This document shows positions 38,091 to 47,369 of a stretch of 64,000 nt of DNA, in pieces. The position numbers and the translations under genes are program-made. How positions within the stretch are numbered: position 1 is the stretch's first letter; the number at the start of each line of letters is the position of its first letter. The notes beneath the pieces are model-generated. The model saw only the letters and a list, made by a program, of their open reading frames with translations, was not told where the DNA came from and made no database searches. The DNA is from Candidatus Caccalectryoclostridium excrementigallinarum (GTDB lineage: Bacteria; Bacillota; Clostridia; Christensenellales; UBA3700), in NCBI GenBank assembly GCA_018714485.1, contig DVNJ01000032.1:4135-68134 (forward strand), given 5' to 3'.

Positions 38091-38095
38091 CGCCT

Positions 38096-38124
38096 TTATT
38101 TTAGAACATAAAAAGACAAATGTC
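38096..38124 (-). promoter_or_regulatory. sigma-A promoter of the polyamine operon (TTGACA-17-TAAAAT)
   Basis: Minus strand reads TTGACAtttgtctttttatgttcTAAAAT. Confidence 0.6.
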
Positions 38125-38236
38125 AATAAGTTGCGCCATATTCCCCCGCGGAAATTAAACTTTTATTTTACGCGCCCCCGCTTGCCTTTTGCCGCCGCCG
38201 CGTATTAAAATATAAAAAACGTTTTGCGAGGAAAGC

Positions 38237-39262
38237 ATGTCCGCATTAAAAGAGCAGTTCAAACAGATAAAACCGAGCAATTTTTTCTTTCTCACCTTAG
38301 CGGGTATAATAAACGCCGTGGGTGTGACGCTGTTTTTGGCGCCCGAGGCGGTCAACCTCTATGACAGCGGCTTTTCGGGCACGTCCATCCTGCTCGGCTC
38401 GCTGACGGATAACGTCGGGCTGAATATGAGCGTCTGGCTGGTCATCCTCAACGTCCCCTTCTTCCTCTTCGGACTCAAAAAGATGGGGCTGCCCTTTATC
38501 ACTTATTCGCTCTATACGATAGGCGTTTATTCCCTCTTTTCCTATCTTTTTCAGACGGGATTCGGCATAGTTTTCCCCGACGGCGGCTCGCCGATCGCGG
38601 GGAAGGACAAGCTGCTTTGCGCCATCTTCGGCGGACTCATCTCGGGCATCGGCAGCGGCACGACCATTCGCTTCGGCGGCGCCATCGACGGCGTCGAGGT
38701 CATGGCGGTCATGTTCTCCAAGCGCATGGGCATGACCGTGGGCACCTTTGTGATGAGCTATAACGTACTGTTTTATATCGTCGCCGGCGTGGTTTCCAAG
38801 AGCTGGGAAGCGCCCCTTTATTCGGTGATAGCCTATGCCGTGGGACTTAAAGCGGTGGACTTCATGGTCGACGGTTTCGACAAGGCGAAGACGGCGTTCA
38901 TCATCACGGATAAATACGACGAGATGGCGTCGCTTTTGAGCGAGGAGTTCGGCAGAGGCGTGACCAAGATGGACGCGGAGGGATATTATTCCAAGACGCC
39001 CAAGACCGTGCTTTACTGCGTGGTCAACAGGTTCGAGGTGAACAAGCTCAAGCAGATAGTCACCTCCGTAGATCCCGCCGCCTTTATGGTGATAAACGAC
39101 GTGACCGACAGCTTAGGCAGTTCGCTCAAATTCGGCAGGCGCAAAGCCGTGAGCGAGCGCAGGGCGCGCAGGAGCGAGAAGATGGAAGAATTGAAGGGCG
39201 AGCTGAAAGAGCGCGTCTTGGAGAAAAAGGACGAAGAGGGCGGCGGCAACGAGGACGAATGA
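38237..39262 (+). CDS. YitT family membrane protein (DUF2179 C-terminal domain)
   Basis: Five TM helices plus a DUF2179-like C-terminal domain. K/E-rich tail. Confidence 0.85.
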   Translation: MSALKEQFKQIKPSNFFFLTLAGIINAVGVTLFLAPEAVNLYDSGFSGTSILLGSLTDNVGLNMSVWLVILNVPFFLFGLKKMGLPFITYSLYTIGVYSLFSYLFQTGFGIVFPDGGSPIAGKDKLLCAIFGGLISGIGSGTTIRFGGAIDGVEVMAVMFSKRMGMTVGTFVMSYNVLFYIVAGVVSKSWEAPLYSVIAYAVGLKAVDFMVDGFDKAKTAFIITDKYDEMASLLSEEFGRGVTKMDAEGYYSKTPKTVLYCVVNRFEVNKLKQIVTSVDPAAFMVINDVTDSLGSSLKFGRRKAVSERRARRSEKMEELKGELKERVLEKKDEEGGGNEDE

Positions 39263-39348
39263 GAAAAGCGGAAAAATCGCGGGCAAGGCGATAATTTTGG
39301 CGCAAAACGCCGTCAAATGTGCTAAAATGTAAAAAAGGGAGAAAAAGC

Positions 39349-40227
39349 ATGAGGATAAGCGATCTTTTCAAGCAGAAAAAAGCGGTCTATTCTTTCGAGA
39401 TATTCCCGCCCAAGGTCGGGGACGACATCGGCAAGATATATTCCACCCTGGACGAGATAGGCGACATCGCGCCCGACTATGTCTCGGTGACTTACAGCGC
39501 GGGCGGGAGCAAGAACTCGCGCACGGCGGAGATAGCCGACCTTTTGAAGAACAAATACGGCATGGAGCCGCTCGCGCATTTGACTTGCATCAATTCGAGC
39601 AAAGAGGAAGTCGCCGCGGCGATAGAGAGGCTGAACAAGATAGGCGTGGAGAATATCCTCGCCCTGCGCGGCGACAGGATAGAGGGAGAGGAAAAGGGCG
39701 ACTTTTGCTATGCCTCCGATCTCATCCCCTTCATAAAAGAGCGTTCGGGCGCGGACATCGGCGCGGCTTGCTATCCCGAGGGGCACCCCGAGAGCGCCAA
39801 CCTCGTCGAGGACATCCGCCATCTCAAAAACAAGGTGGACTTGGGCGCCACACATCTCAACACGCAGCTGTTTTTCGACAACGACATCTTTTTGAATTAT
39901 ATGGAAAAAGTGCGCCTTGCGGGCATCGAAGTGCCCGTGCAGGCGGGGATAATGCCGCTGGTGAAAAAGTCGCAGTTCGGCGGGATCGTGCGCATGACGG
40001 GCGCGGGCATACCGACCAAGATCTCGCGCATGTACGCGCGCTTTGCCGACGACCCCCGCTCGCTCGAAGACGCGGGCGTGGCGTATGCGACCGATCAGAT
40101 AATCGACCTGCTCTCGGCGGGCGTTCAGGGCATTCATCTTTACATCATGAACAACGCCCGCGTCGCGCGCCGCATAACCGAGAACATCAGACCCATTTTG
40201 GACAGGATCAACGGTGAAAACAAATAG
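39349..40227 (+). CDS. metF: methylenetetrahydrofolate reductase
   Basis: MTHFR fold sequence (YSFEIFPPK..., HLTC, ALRGD). GGGAGA RBS. Confidence 0.9.
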   Translation: MRISDLFKQKKAVYSFEIFPPKVGDDIGKIYSTLDEIGDIAPDYVSVTYSAGGSKNSRTAEIADLLKNKYGMEPLAHLTCINSSKEEVAAAIERLNKIGVENILALRGDRIEGEEKGDFCYASDLIPFIKERSGADIGAACYPEGHPESANLVEDIRHLKNKVDLGATHLNTQLFFDNDIFLNYMEKVRLAGIEVPVQAGIMPLVKKSQFGGIVRMTGAGIPTKISRMYARFADDPRSLEDAGVAYATDQIIDLLSAGVQGIHLYIMNNARVARRITENIRPILDRINGENK

Positions 40228-40840
40228 GAGGGAGACGCTGCGTTATTTGGGCGTGAAGGGCGCGCCCGACGAGAGAACACTCGCTCTTGTGGAGAGGGCG
40301 GAAAAAGAGGCGGAAAAATGCGTTTTTCCCCGCTTCACCTTCCGCCTCTTTCCCCTCGAACGCGAGCCGCTCTCCGTGGGCGGGACGCCGCTTGAAGGCG
40401 CGGACATCGCCGCCTATCTCAAAGGCTGCGACGAGGTCTATCTCATCGCCGCGACGCTCGGCTTCGAGGCGGAAAAGAGGATAAATTTTCTCATGCAGTC
40501 CTCGCCCGCGCTGGGCGTGGCGCTCGACGCGGTCTGTACGTCCGTCCTCGAAAGCTTTTTGGACGAGCAATGCCGAAAGCTGCAAGAGGGGAGCAAAAAG
40601 CGGCTGAAACCGCGCTTTTCCTGCGGCTACGGCGACTTTCCCCTCTCTCAGCAACGGGATATGGTGCGCCTGCTCGACACGGGCAGGAAGATAGGCGTCT
40701 TTTTGAGCGAAAGCCTGATGCTCGCGCCGCAAAAGTCGGTCACCGCGCTCGTGGGCGCGGGAGAGAGGGCTCGCGGAAAAAGCGAAGGGTGCTCAGCTTG
40801 CGGAAAAAAGGACTGCGCCTTCAAAAAGGAGCTAAAATGA
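40214..40840 (+). CDS. stand-alone methionine synthase activation (AdoMet-binding) domain protein
   Basis: Sequence resembles the MetH C-terminal reactivation domain (RFSCGYGDFPL). Overlaps metF and metH. Confidence 0.75.
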   Translation: MKTNRRETLRYLGVKGAPDERTLALVERAEKEAEKCVFPRFTFRLFPLEREPLSVGGTPLEGADIAAYLKGCDEVYLIAATLGFEAEKRINFLMQSSPALGVALDAVCTSVLESFLDEQCRKLQEGSKKRLKPRFSCGYGDFPLSQQRDMVRLLDTGRKIGVFLSESLMLAPQKSVTALVGAGERARGKSEGCSACGKKDCAFKKELK

Positions 40841-43173
40841 AAGATTTTCTCGCCTTTATCAAGGATAACATCACTCTCTTGGACGGAGCGACGGGGACGC
40901 AGTTCCAGCTGCGTGGACTTCCCGCGGGGAAAAGCCCCGAACTTCTCAACCTCGAAGACCCCGCCCTCGTGGAAGAGATACACCGCGCTTATGTCGAGGC
41001 GGGCAGCGACGTCGTCTACGCCAACACTTTCGGCGCCAACCGCCTGAAAATGCCGCACGGTAAGGCGGAGAGCATTGTCAGGGCGGGCGTGGAAGCAGCT
41101 CGCCGCGCCGCGGGCGACAAGTTCGTCGCCCTCGACATCGGTCCCACGGGCGCGCTCTGCGAGCCGCTGGGGAGCATGACGTTTGACGAGGCTTACGCCG
41201 TCTTTGCCGAGGTGGTCAAGGCGGGCGCGGGCGCGGATCTCATCGTCATCGAGACCATGTCCGACCTCACCGAACTGAGGGCGGCTCTGCTCGCCGCGCG
41301 GGAAAATTCCTCTCTTCCTATCATGTGCTCCATGACTTTCGAAGAGAGCGGCAGGACTTTCACGGGCGTACTGCCCGAGGCTTTCGCGCTCTGCGCCTCC
41401 CCCTTTGCCGACGTCGTGGGGATAAACTGTTCGCTGGGACCGGACAAGCTGCTGCCCGTGATGAGGCGCGTCGCCGCTTACACGCAAAAACCGCTCTTCA
41501 TCAAAGCCAACGCCGGGCTCCCCGACGCCAACATGAATTACGAGCTTTCCCCCGAGGCGTTTTCCGCCCTGCACGGGGAATATCTCAATATGGGCGTGAA
41601 CATCTTGGGCGGCTGCTGCGGGACGACGCCGGGGCATATCGCCGCGCTCAAAAAGCTCATCGAGGGGAAAGCGCCGCTCAAAAGGCGGGTCGCTGTCCCC
41701 GCCGCGGTTTGCAGCGCCTCCCGCCTCGTGCCGCTCGATCGGGTGCGCATCATCGGCGAACGCATAAATCCCACGGGCAAAAAGGCGATGAAAGAAGCGC
41801 TTCTCAAAGGCGACATGGGCTATGTCGCGGCGCGCGCCGTGGAGCAGGCGGAAGCGGGCGCGGACATGCTTGACGTGAACGCGGGCGTGCCCGGGATAGA
41901 CGAAAAGGGCAGCCTTTGCGAGATGGTGAGGCGCATCCAGTCGGTGACCGATCTGCCTCTGCAGATCGACTGCACCAAGCCCGACGCCGTCGAGGCGGCG
42001 CTCAGGCTCACTCAGGGAAAGGCGGTGATAAATTCGGTCAACGCCGAGGAAAAGTCGCTCGCTTCCCTCCTGCCGCTCGCCGCCAAATACGGCGCGGCGG
42101 TGGTCGGGCTGACCGTGGACGAGGAGGGCATACCCAAGACGGCGCAAAAGCGCGTGCAGCTGGCGGAAAAGATAATTGCGCGCGCGAAGGAGTACGGCAT
42201 ACCCGAGAGCGACGTCTATATCGACTGCCTCACGCTCACCGTGAGCGCGGAGCAGGAGCAGGCGCAAAACACTCTTTGCGCCCTCAAAGAGATAAGGAGC
42301 CGCCACGACGTGCACGCCGTGCTCGGCGTTTCCAACATCTCTTTCGGGCTGCCCGCGAGGGGCGCGGTCAACGCGGCGTTTTTGGTGATGGCGATGCAGG
42401 CGGGGCTTGACCTGCCCATAATCAACCCCAACCTCCCCGAGATGACCGCGGCGGTGGCGGCATTCAACGTGCTCTCGGGCGCGGACAAGGACTGCCGCGA
42501 ATATGTGGAAAAATATGCCGCTTTGCCTGCGGCGGAGAAGGCGCCCGTCAAGGCGGAAGATAAGGATATATATTATTATATCTCCAAGGGTCTGCCCGAC
42601 GCGGCGCGGCTCACCGAACAGTTCTTGCAAGAGCTTGAGCCGCTTGAGGTCATCGACAAAAAGCTCATTCCCGCGCTAAACAAGGTGGGCGAAGATTACG
42701 AGAAGGGAAGGATATTCCTGCCCCAGCTCATCTCGGCGGCGGAGGCGGCGAAGCTTTGCTTTGAAAAGGTCAAGAGCGTCATCAAGGGCGGCGGCGTGGA
42801 CAAGGGCGACATCGTGCTCGCCACCGTGTTCGGCGACGTGCACGACATAGGCAAGAATATCGTCAAGACCGTCTTGCAAAATTACGGCTATAACGTCATC
42901 GACCTGGGTAAGAACGTGCCCCCCGAGAGGGTGGTCGAGGCGGTGGAGAGGGGAAAGGTGCGCCTTTGCGGGCTTTCCGCGCTCATGACCACGACGGTGG
43001 AGAATATGCGCCTTACCATAGAGATGCTGAAAAAGAGCTGCCCTTATTGCAAAATAATGGTCGGCGGCGCCGTGCTCACCGAGGAGTACGCCAAAGAGAT
43101 AGGCGCGGACAGATATTGTAAGGACGCCGCCGCGAGCGCGCGCTACGCTAATGCTGTTTTCCTCCCGCAATAA
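40837..43173 (+). CDS. metH: cobalamin-dependent methionine synthase lacking the activation domain
   Basis: Hcy-methyltransferase, pterin-binding and B12-binding (DVHDIGKN) domains. The start overlaps the upstream stop (ATGA). Confidence 0.9.
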   Translation: MKDFLAFIKDNITLLDGATGTQFQLRGLPAGKSPELLNLEDPALVEEIHRAYVEAGSDVVYANTFGANRLKMPHGKAESIVRAGVEAARRAAGDKFVALDIGPTGALCEPLGSMTFDEAYAVFAEVVKAGAGADLIVIETMSDLTELRAALLAARENSSLPIMCSMTFEESGRTFTGVLPEAFALCASPFADVVGINCSLGPDKLLPVMRRVAAYTQKPLFIKANAGLPDANMNYELSPEAFSALHGEYLNMGVNILGGCCGTTPGHIAALKKLIEGKAPLKRRVAVPAAVCSASRLVPLDRVRIIGERINPTGKKAMKEALLKGDMGYVAARAVEQAEAGADMLDVNAGVPGIDEKGSLCEMVRRIQSVTDLPLQIDCTKPDAVEAALRLTQGKAVINSVNAEEKSLASLLPLAAKYGAAVVGLTVDEEGIPKTAQKRVQLAEKIIARAKEYGIPESDVYIDCLTLTVSAEQEQAQNTLCALKEIRSRHDVHAVLGVSNISFGLPARGAVNAAFLVMAMQAGLDLPIINPNLPEMTAAVAAFNVLSGADKDCREYVEKYAALPAAEKAPVKAEDKDIYYYISKGLPDAARLTEQFLQELEPLEVIDKKLIPALNKVGEDYEKGRIFLPQLISAAEAAKLCFEKVKSVIKGGGVDKGDIVLATVFGDVHDIGKNIVKTVLQNYGYNVIDLGKNVPPERVVEAVERGKVRLCGLSALMTTTVENMRLTIEMLKKSCPYCKIMVGGAVLTEEYAKEIGADRYCKDAAASARYANAVFLPQ

Positions 43174-43344
43174 CCGGCTTTGGGCGCGGTCTTTTCGGCA
43201 TCTTTTTGCAACACCTCGCTCGACGCAGCGCTGCTGCGACTTCGTTCGGTGTTGCGAAAGCTGCTCAAAAATTCCTGCGCTGAAATCGGGTTATCGCCGT
43301 TGTCAGACAGCAAAAAAATTTATAATTAAAAGTTTGCAAAAACG

Positions 43345-43956
43345 CTACTTTATTATGTGGCAATTAAGCGTGTTTTTACGCATTTTTTCCGCCCCTGCCA
43401 GCGGTTTTTTCCTCTTAAAGCGCGTGAGTTTCGCGGGCGCGATGCGCCTTAAAAGAGCGCAGAGCGGGGGGAAGAGAAAGGTGAAGGCGACGGCGTTGCA
43501 AATTATCTGCGTGAGGTAAAACGCCCCGCCGCGGACATAGAGGACGGCGAACCTGTGCCAAAAGTTTTCGTGAAAGCCGGTGAAAAGCCCCGTGTCGATG
43601 AGCGAGGAGAGCACGCCGAAAAAGGCGGTCATCGTCAGGGCGCAGAGCAGGGGGATAAGGCGGCTTTTTATCTTTGCCTTTCCCAAAAGCGCAAACAGCA
43701 GCGTGAAGAGCGGCCAATAGATAAAATAGAGCACGACCCAGCTCCCCGCGCCCCAGATGAGGACCTCGACGGCGCAGAATATCAGCGAGGAGAGCACGCC
43801 CGCAAGCCCGAACACATAGCCGTAAACGCCGAGCAAAAGCGAGACCACCTCCACGTTGGGGATCGCCGCGAGCGCGGCTTTGCCCGCCGTGAGAGTGGCG
43901 GCGCAGACGGCGATATATGCCGCTTGCAGGGCGGTGAACTTCGCGCGCGCCCTCAT
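43345..43956 (-). CDS. polytopic membrane protein, ECF S-component-like (putative corrinoid uptake)
   Basis: Six hydrophobic helices, translationally coupled (1-nt gap) to the DUF4430 gene under a cobalamin riboswitch. Confidence 0.55.
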   Translation of the reverse strand: MRARAKFTALQAAYIAVCAATLTAGKAALAAIPNVEVVSLLLGVYGYVFGLAGVLSSLIFCAVEVLIWGAGSWVVLYFIYWPLFTLLFALLGKAKIKSRLIPLLCALTMTAFFGVLSSLIDTGLFTGFHENFWHRFAVLYVRGGAFYLTQIICNAVAFTFLFPPLCALLRRIAPAKLTRFKRKKPLAGAEKMRKNTLNCHIIK

Positions 43957-43957
43957 C

Positions 43958-44443
43958 TCAATAGGTGACGTACGTTATCACGATGATGCAGCCGTCCTCG
44001 ATGCTCATCGCGCTCGCGCCCACGCCCGAGGGATAGCAGATTACGCTGCCTTCGTTTGAGATAAATTGGTAATTTTCCGCGCCCTCGAAGGTGGCTTTGT
44101 CCTTTTCCACGCTCGTATAAACGCTGATATATCTGCCCGCGGCGGCGTCTTCCGAAAGCCCGCCGACGGCGGTCAGATAGGCGCCGTAGCCGCTGTCTGT
44201 GGCTTGATAGTCGAGTTTTTCCTGCAAGCGCAGGCTTTGCAGAACGTTCATCAAGCCCGTCTCCTCGTTATAGGACATGGCGTTGAGGTCGACTTGAATG
44301 ACGACGGGATCGGAGTTTTGATCGTCGAGGACGAGGGTCATGGAGTCGCCCGAGACTTCGCCTTTTTGAACGCAGGCGAAAAGCGCCGCGAGCGCGAGAA
44401 GAAGGACGAGAACGATAGCCGCCGCCTTGAAAGTTTTTTTCAT
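43958..44443 (-). CDS. DUF4430-like lipoprotein (putative corrinoid-binding)
   Basis: Signal peptide plus lipobox (LFAC). C-terminal beta-rich domain resembling DUF4430. AAGGAG RBS. First gene after the B12 riboswitch. Confidence 0.65.
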   Translation of the reverse strand: MKKTFKAAAIVLVLLLALAALFACVQKGEVSGDSMTLVLDDQNSDPVVIQVDLNAMSYNEETGLMNVLQSLRLQEKLDYQATDSGYGAYLTAVGGLSEDAAAGRYISVYTSVEKDKATFEGAENYQFISNEGSVICYPSGVGASAMSIEDGCIIVITYVTY

Positions 44444-44496
44444 GAAATGCTCCTTTTGCGGGAGTGTCCCGCGTTTATTTTTTTTCGGAGCGGGGC

Positions 44497-44523
44497 AAGA
44501 AAAACCCCGAACGCAGTTCGGGG
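44497..44523 (-). terminator. expression-platform terminator of the cobalamin riboswitch
   Basis: Minus strand reads CCCCGAAC-UGC-GUUCGGGG followed by UUUUUCUU. Confidence 0.65.
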
Positions 44524-44572
44524 CGTGAGCGCGAAAAAACGCGCCTCCGCCTCCCTCCGAAGCTTGGCTTTC

Positions 44573-44745
44573 GAGCACAGGCAGGTCTCCTGACTTACGG
44601 TCTCATGCCTTGCGTCCGCCTTCCCCCGCAGGGTGGCTGAGGGCGCTCGTAACCGTTACAGTAGCGGGGGCTGTCCGCGATTCTCACGCGGTTCCCGTTT
44701 TGATGCTTTTTCCCGCGCGCGGCGGAAAACACGCAACCTTGTGCC
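44573..44745 (-). promoter_or_regulatory. cobalamin riboswitch
   Basis: Minus strand contains GGGAACCGCGUGAGAAUCGCGGACAGCCCCCGCUACUGUAA and the B12 box AGUCAGGAGACCUGCC. P1 is GCACAAGG/CCUGUGC. Confidence 0.85.
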
Positions 44746-44751
44746 GAGGAA

Positions 44752-44781
44752 ATTATATTATAGGGAAAAATGCCCTGTCAA
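44752..44781 (-). promoter_or_regulatory. sigma-A promoter (TTGACA-18-TATAAT) of the riboswitch transcript
   Basis: Minus strand reads TTGACAgggcatttttccctataaTATAAT. Confidence 0.5.
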
Positions 44782-44880
44782 GCGGAAATTTTATCCGTAA
44801 GAAAATTGTAAGAAAGTTGTCATAAGCTCGCAAGAAACGCCTGTCATAATGAAAGAGGAAAAGGGAAAAGCCCTTTCAAA

Positions 44881-46473
44881 ATGAAAAAAGCGAGGTGTGT
44901 TATGGGCGTTATCATCGCGATCACGGGCGGCAGCGGTCACATGGGTACGGCGGTCGTGGAGCAGCTCAAAACGCTCGAGGGCGTGGACGAGCTGAGGCTG
45001 CTGCTCTTGAACGGAAGAAAGGAGAAGAGATTTTTCACGCGGGCAAAGCGGGGCGCAAAGTGCCGCATGAGTGCCGTTTTCGGCAATATCGCGCATATCG
45101 AGGACTGCAGAGAGCTCGTGAGCGGCGCGGACTACGTCATCAATTTAGCGGCGGTCATTCCCCCGCATTCGGACAAAAACCCCGAGGCGAGCTATGAGTG
45201 TAATTGGTTGGGCGCGAAGAACATCGCCGACAGCGTCTATGCCTGCAAAGATCAGCCCAAGCTCATCCATTGCTCGACCGTGGCGCTTTACGGTCACCGC
45301 AACTATCTGCACCCCTGGGGCAGAGTGGGCGATCCGCTGCTCGTTTCCCCCTTCGACAACTATGCCGCGCATAAGAAAAGGGGCGAGCGCTATGTCATGG
45401 AGCGCGGGATAAAGACGTGGGCGGTGCTCAGGCAGACGGGCATGCTCTATAAAAACCTGCTCTTTTGCAACATCAACGACGGGCTTATGTTCCATACCTG
45501 CCTCAACGTCCCCCTCGAATGGGTGAGCGACACGGACAGCGGCAGGCTGATCAAAAATATCATCGAGAAGGACTTAAAGGGCGAATGCGGGGATTTCTGG
45601 CGCAAGTGCTACAATATCGGCGGCGGCGAGGGCAACCGCAACACGGGCTTCGAGACCTTTGACGACTGCTTCAAGGAGCTGGGCTTGAACACGAAAAAAG
45701 AGCTTTCGCCCGCCTGGCATTCCATTCGCAATTTTCACGGCATCTGGTTTGAAGACAGCGACGTCTTGCAGAACATGTTCGACTTCCGCCGCGACCGCGC
45801 GGACAGCTATTGGAAGGAAGTCTTTGACAAGAGGCGCATCTTCCGTCTGGCGAAGATCTTGCCCGACGGGCTGGTCTCCCGCCTCGTTCTGCGCCGCCTT
45901 TTGAAGGATTACAACGCGCCGAGAAAATGGATAAAGGACAACGAACGGGGGCTGATAAAGGCTTATTTCGGCTCGAGCCTCAACGTGGACTGCCTGATAA
46001 GCGATTGGAAGGAATATCCCCTCTTATGCGAGGGAAAAGTCGCGGGCGGAGACGTGGATTACAATGCGCTCAGGAACGTGGAAAACGTTAAGGAGATGGG
46101 CATGCATCTCGATCACGGCTATGACGAGAGCAAAAGGGACGAGGAGCTCGACCTCGAAGACATGAAGAGCGCCGCCCGCTTCCGCGGCGGAGAGTGCCTT
46201 TCGGAAAGCATGAAAATGGGTGACCTCTATACGCCGCTCAAATGGCGCTGCCATGACGGACACGAGTTTTACGCCGCGCCCTATACGGTGATCAAGGCGG
46301 GGCATTGGTGCGAAGAATGCGAGCCGCTGGGAGTCTGGGACTTTGACAGGCAGGCGAGGTTTTCGCCCTTTTATGCGCAGGTATGGTATGACACTCACGC
46401 CAAGGGCGAGAGATACGTCTATTATTACGACGAGAACGGCAAGGCTGCGTTCAGGACGGAGGAAGAAAGATGA
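44881..46473 (+). CDS. NAD(P)-dependent epimerase/dehydratase-family protein with extended C-terminal domain
   Basis: N-terminal ITGGSGHMG Rossmann motif. 530 aa, with a C-terminal Cys pair (HWCEEC). The start could be 44902. Confidence 0.75.
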   Translation: MKKARCVMGVIIAITGGSGHMGTAVVEQLKTLEGVDELRLLLLNGRKEKRFFTRAKRGAKCRMSAVFGNIAHIEDCRELVSGADYVINLAAVIPPHSDKNPEASYECNWLGAKNIADSVYACKDQPKLIHCSTVALYGHRNYLHPWGRVGDPLLVSPFDNYAAHKKRGERYVMERGIKTWAVLRQTGMLYKNLLFCNINDGLMFHTCLNVPLEWVSDTDSGRLIKNIIEKDLKGECGDFWRKCYNIGGGEGNRNTGFETFDDCFKELGLNTKKELSPAWHSIRNFHGIWFEDSDVLQNMFDFRRDRADSYWKEVFDKRRIFRLAKILPDGLVSRLVLRRLLKDYNAPRKWIKDNERGLIKAYFGSSLNVDCLISDWKEYPLLCEGKVAGGDVDYNALRNVENVKEMGMHLDHGYDESKRDEELDLEDMKSAARFRGGECLSESMKMGDLYTPLKWRCHDGHEFYAAPYTVIKAGHWCEECEPLGVWDFDRQARFSPFYAQVWYDTHAKGERYVYYYDENGKAAFRTEEER

Positions 46474-47339
46474 AAAAACTCGCCATTTATTATTTTTCGG
46501 GGACGGGGAACACCCTAAGAGTATGCAAGCTCATCAAGGAGAACTTTGAAGAGCTGGGCGGAGAGGCGGATCTGATAAATATCGACAAGCCTTATGCGAG
46601 CGAAGTCTCGCCCGAGAATTACGACGTTTTCGCTATCGCTTATCCCGTTCACGGCTTTAACGCGCCGCAGATAGTTTCGGACTATGTGAAAAATTTTCCC
46701 GAGGGGAAAGGGGAGTATTACGTCATCAAAAGCTCGGGCGAACCCGCCGCCGCCAACCGCGATTCTTCCCATCTCGTCAACAAGATACTCGCCAAAAAGG
46801 GCTATGAGATGATGGATGAATTTCACTATGTCATGCCCTACAACATGATCTTCCGCCACAGCGAGGACATGGTGAAGATGATGTGGAAGCGCGCGCTCGA
46901 CGCCGCCCCCTTCGACGCGAAAGAGATCATGGAAGGCGGCAGGGGAGAGATCGGGCAAAAGCTGAGACATAAGTTCATCTCCCGCCTCTTTTTGCTCGAA
47001 CACGGCGGCATGCGCCTGATCGGCAGAGGCTTTAAGGCGGACATGCAAAAGTGCGTCAAGTGCGGAAAGTGCGTGAAAAACTGCCCCGTGGGCAACATAA
47101 CGTGGAAGGACGGGAAGCTCGTCTTCGGGAAAAAGTGCTTAGGCTGCGTGCGCTGTTCCTTCAACTGCCCGACAAACGCCATAAAGATCGGTATTCTCGA
47201 AGGCTGGAAGGTCAACGGCGCCTATAAGATAGGCGAAACGGCGGAATACGACGAGAGCAAGGTCTGCCGCTACTGCAACAAGTCTTACAAGAAATATTTT
47301 ACGACAAAGGGCGGCAGCAGCATTGAAAAACAAAAGTGA
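46470..47339 (+). CDS. EFR1-family ferredoxin (flavodoxin-like domain plus two 4Fe-4S motifs)
   Basis: YYFSGTGNT N-terminus, CVKCGKCVKNCP and CLGCVRCSFNCP clusters. ATGA overlap with the upstream gene. Confidence 0.85.
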   Translation: MKKLAIYYFSGTGNTLRVCKLIKENFEELGGEADLINIDKPYASEVSPENYDVFAIAYPVHGFNAPQIVSDYVKNFPEGKGEYYVIKSSGEPAAANRDSSHLVNKILAKKGYEMMDEFHYVMPYNMIFRHSEDMVKMMWKRALDAAPFDAKEIMEGGRGEIGQKLRHKFISRLFLLEHGGMRLIGRGFKADMQKCVKCGKCVKNCPVGNITWKDGKLVFGKKCLGCVRCSFNCPTNAIKIGILEGWKVNGAYKIGETAEYDESKVCRYCNKSYKKYFTTKGGSSIEKQK

Positions 47340-47369
47340 GTGTGTTAAAATCAAAGCAGAGGTGAGAAA

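Noticed and set aside
37775-38095. Assignment of the speD leader to the lysine (AGGCGC...GAGUA start), M-box (GGGUCAA...CCAUAC) or SAM-I (CUUAU...AUAAG P1) riboswitch classes
   Set aside because: Only short, isolated similarities were found. The defining conserved junction sequences (GCCGAAG/ACUGUCA/UGGAG for lysine; GNUGCUAAA and others for SAM-I) are absent.
38030-38100. T-box leader on the + strand (GAAGGTGGTCCGTAG resembles the GGUGGUACCGCG T-box sequence) regulating the YitT gene
   Set aside because: There are no Stem I/specifier features and no proper terminator after the motif on the + strand. The YitT gene has its own proximal promoter. The stable UUCG/GCAA tetraloops and the terminator exist only on the minus strand.
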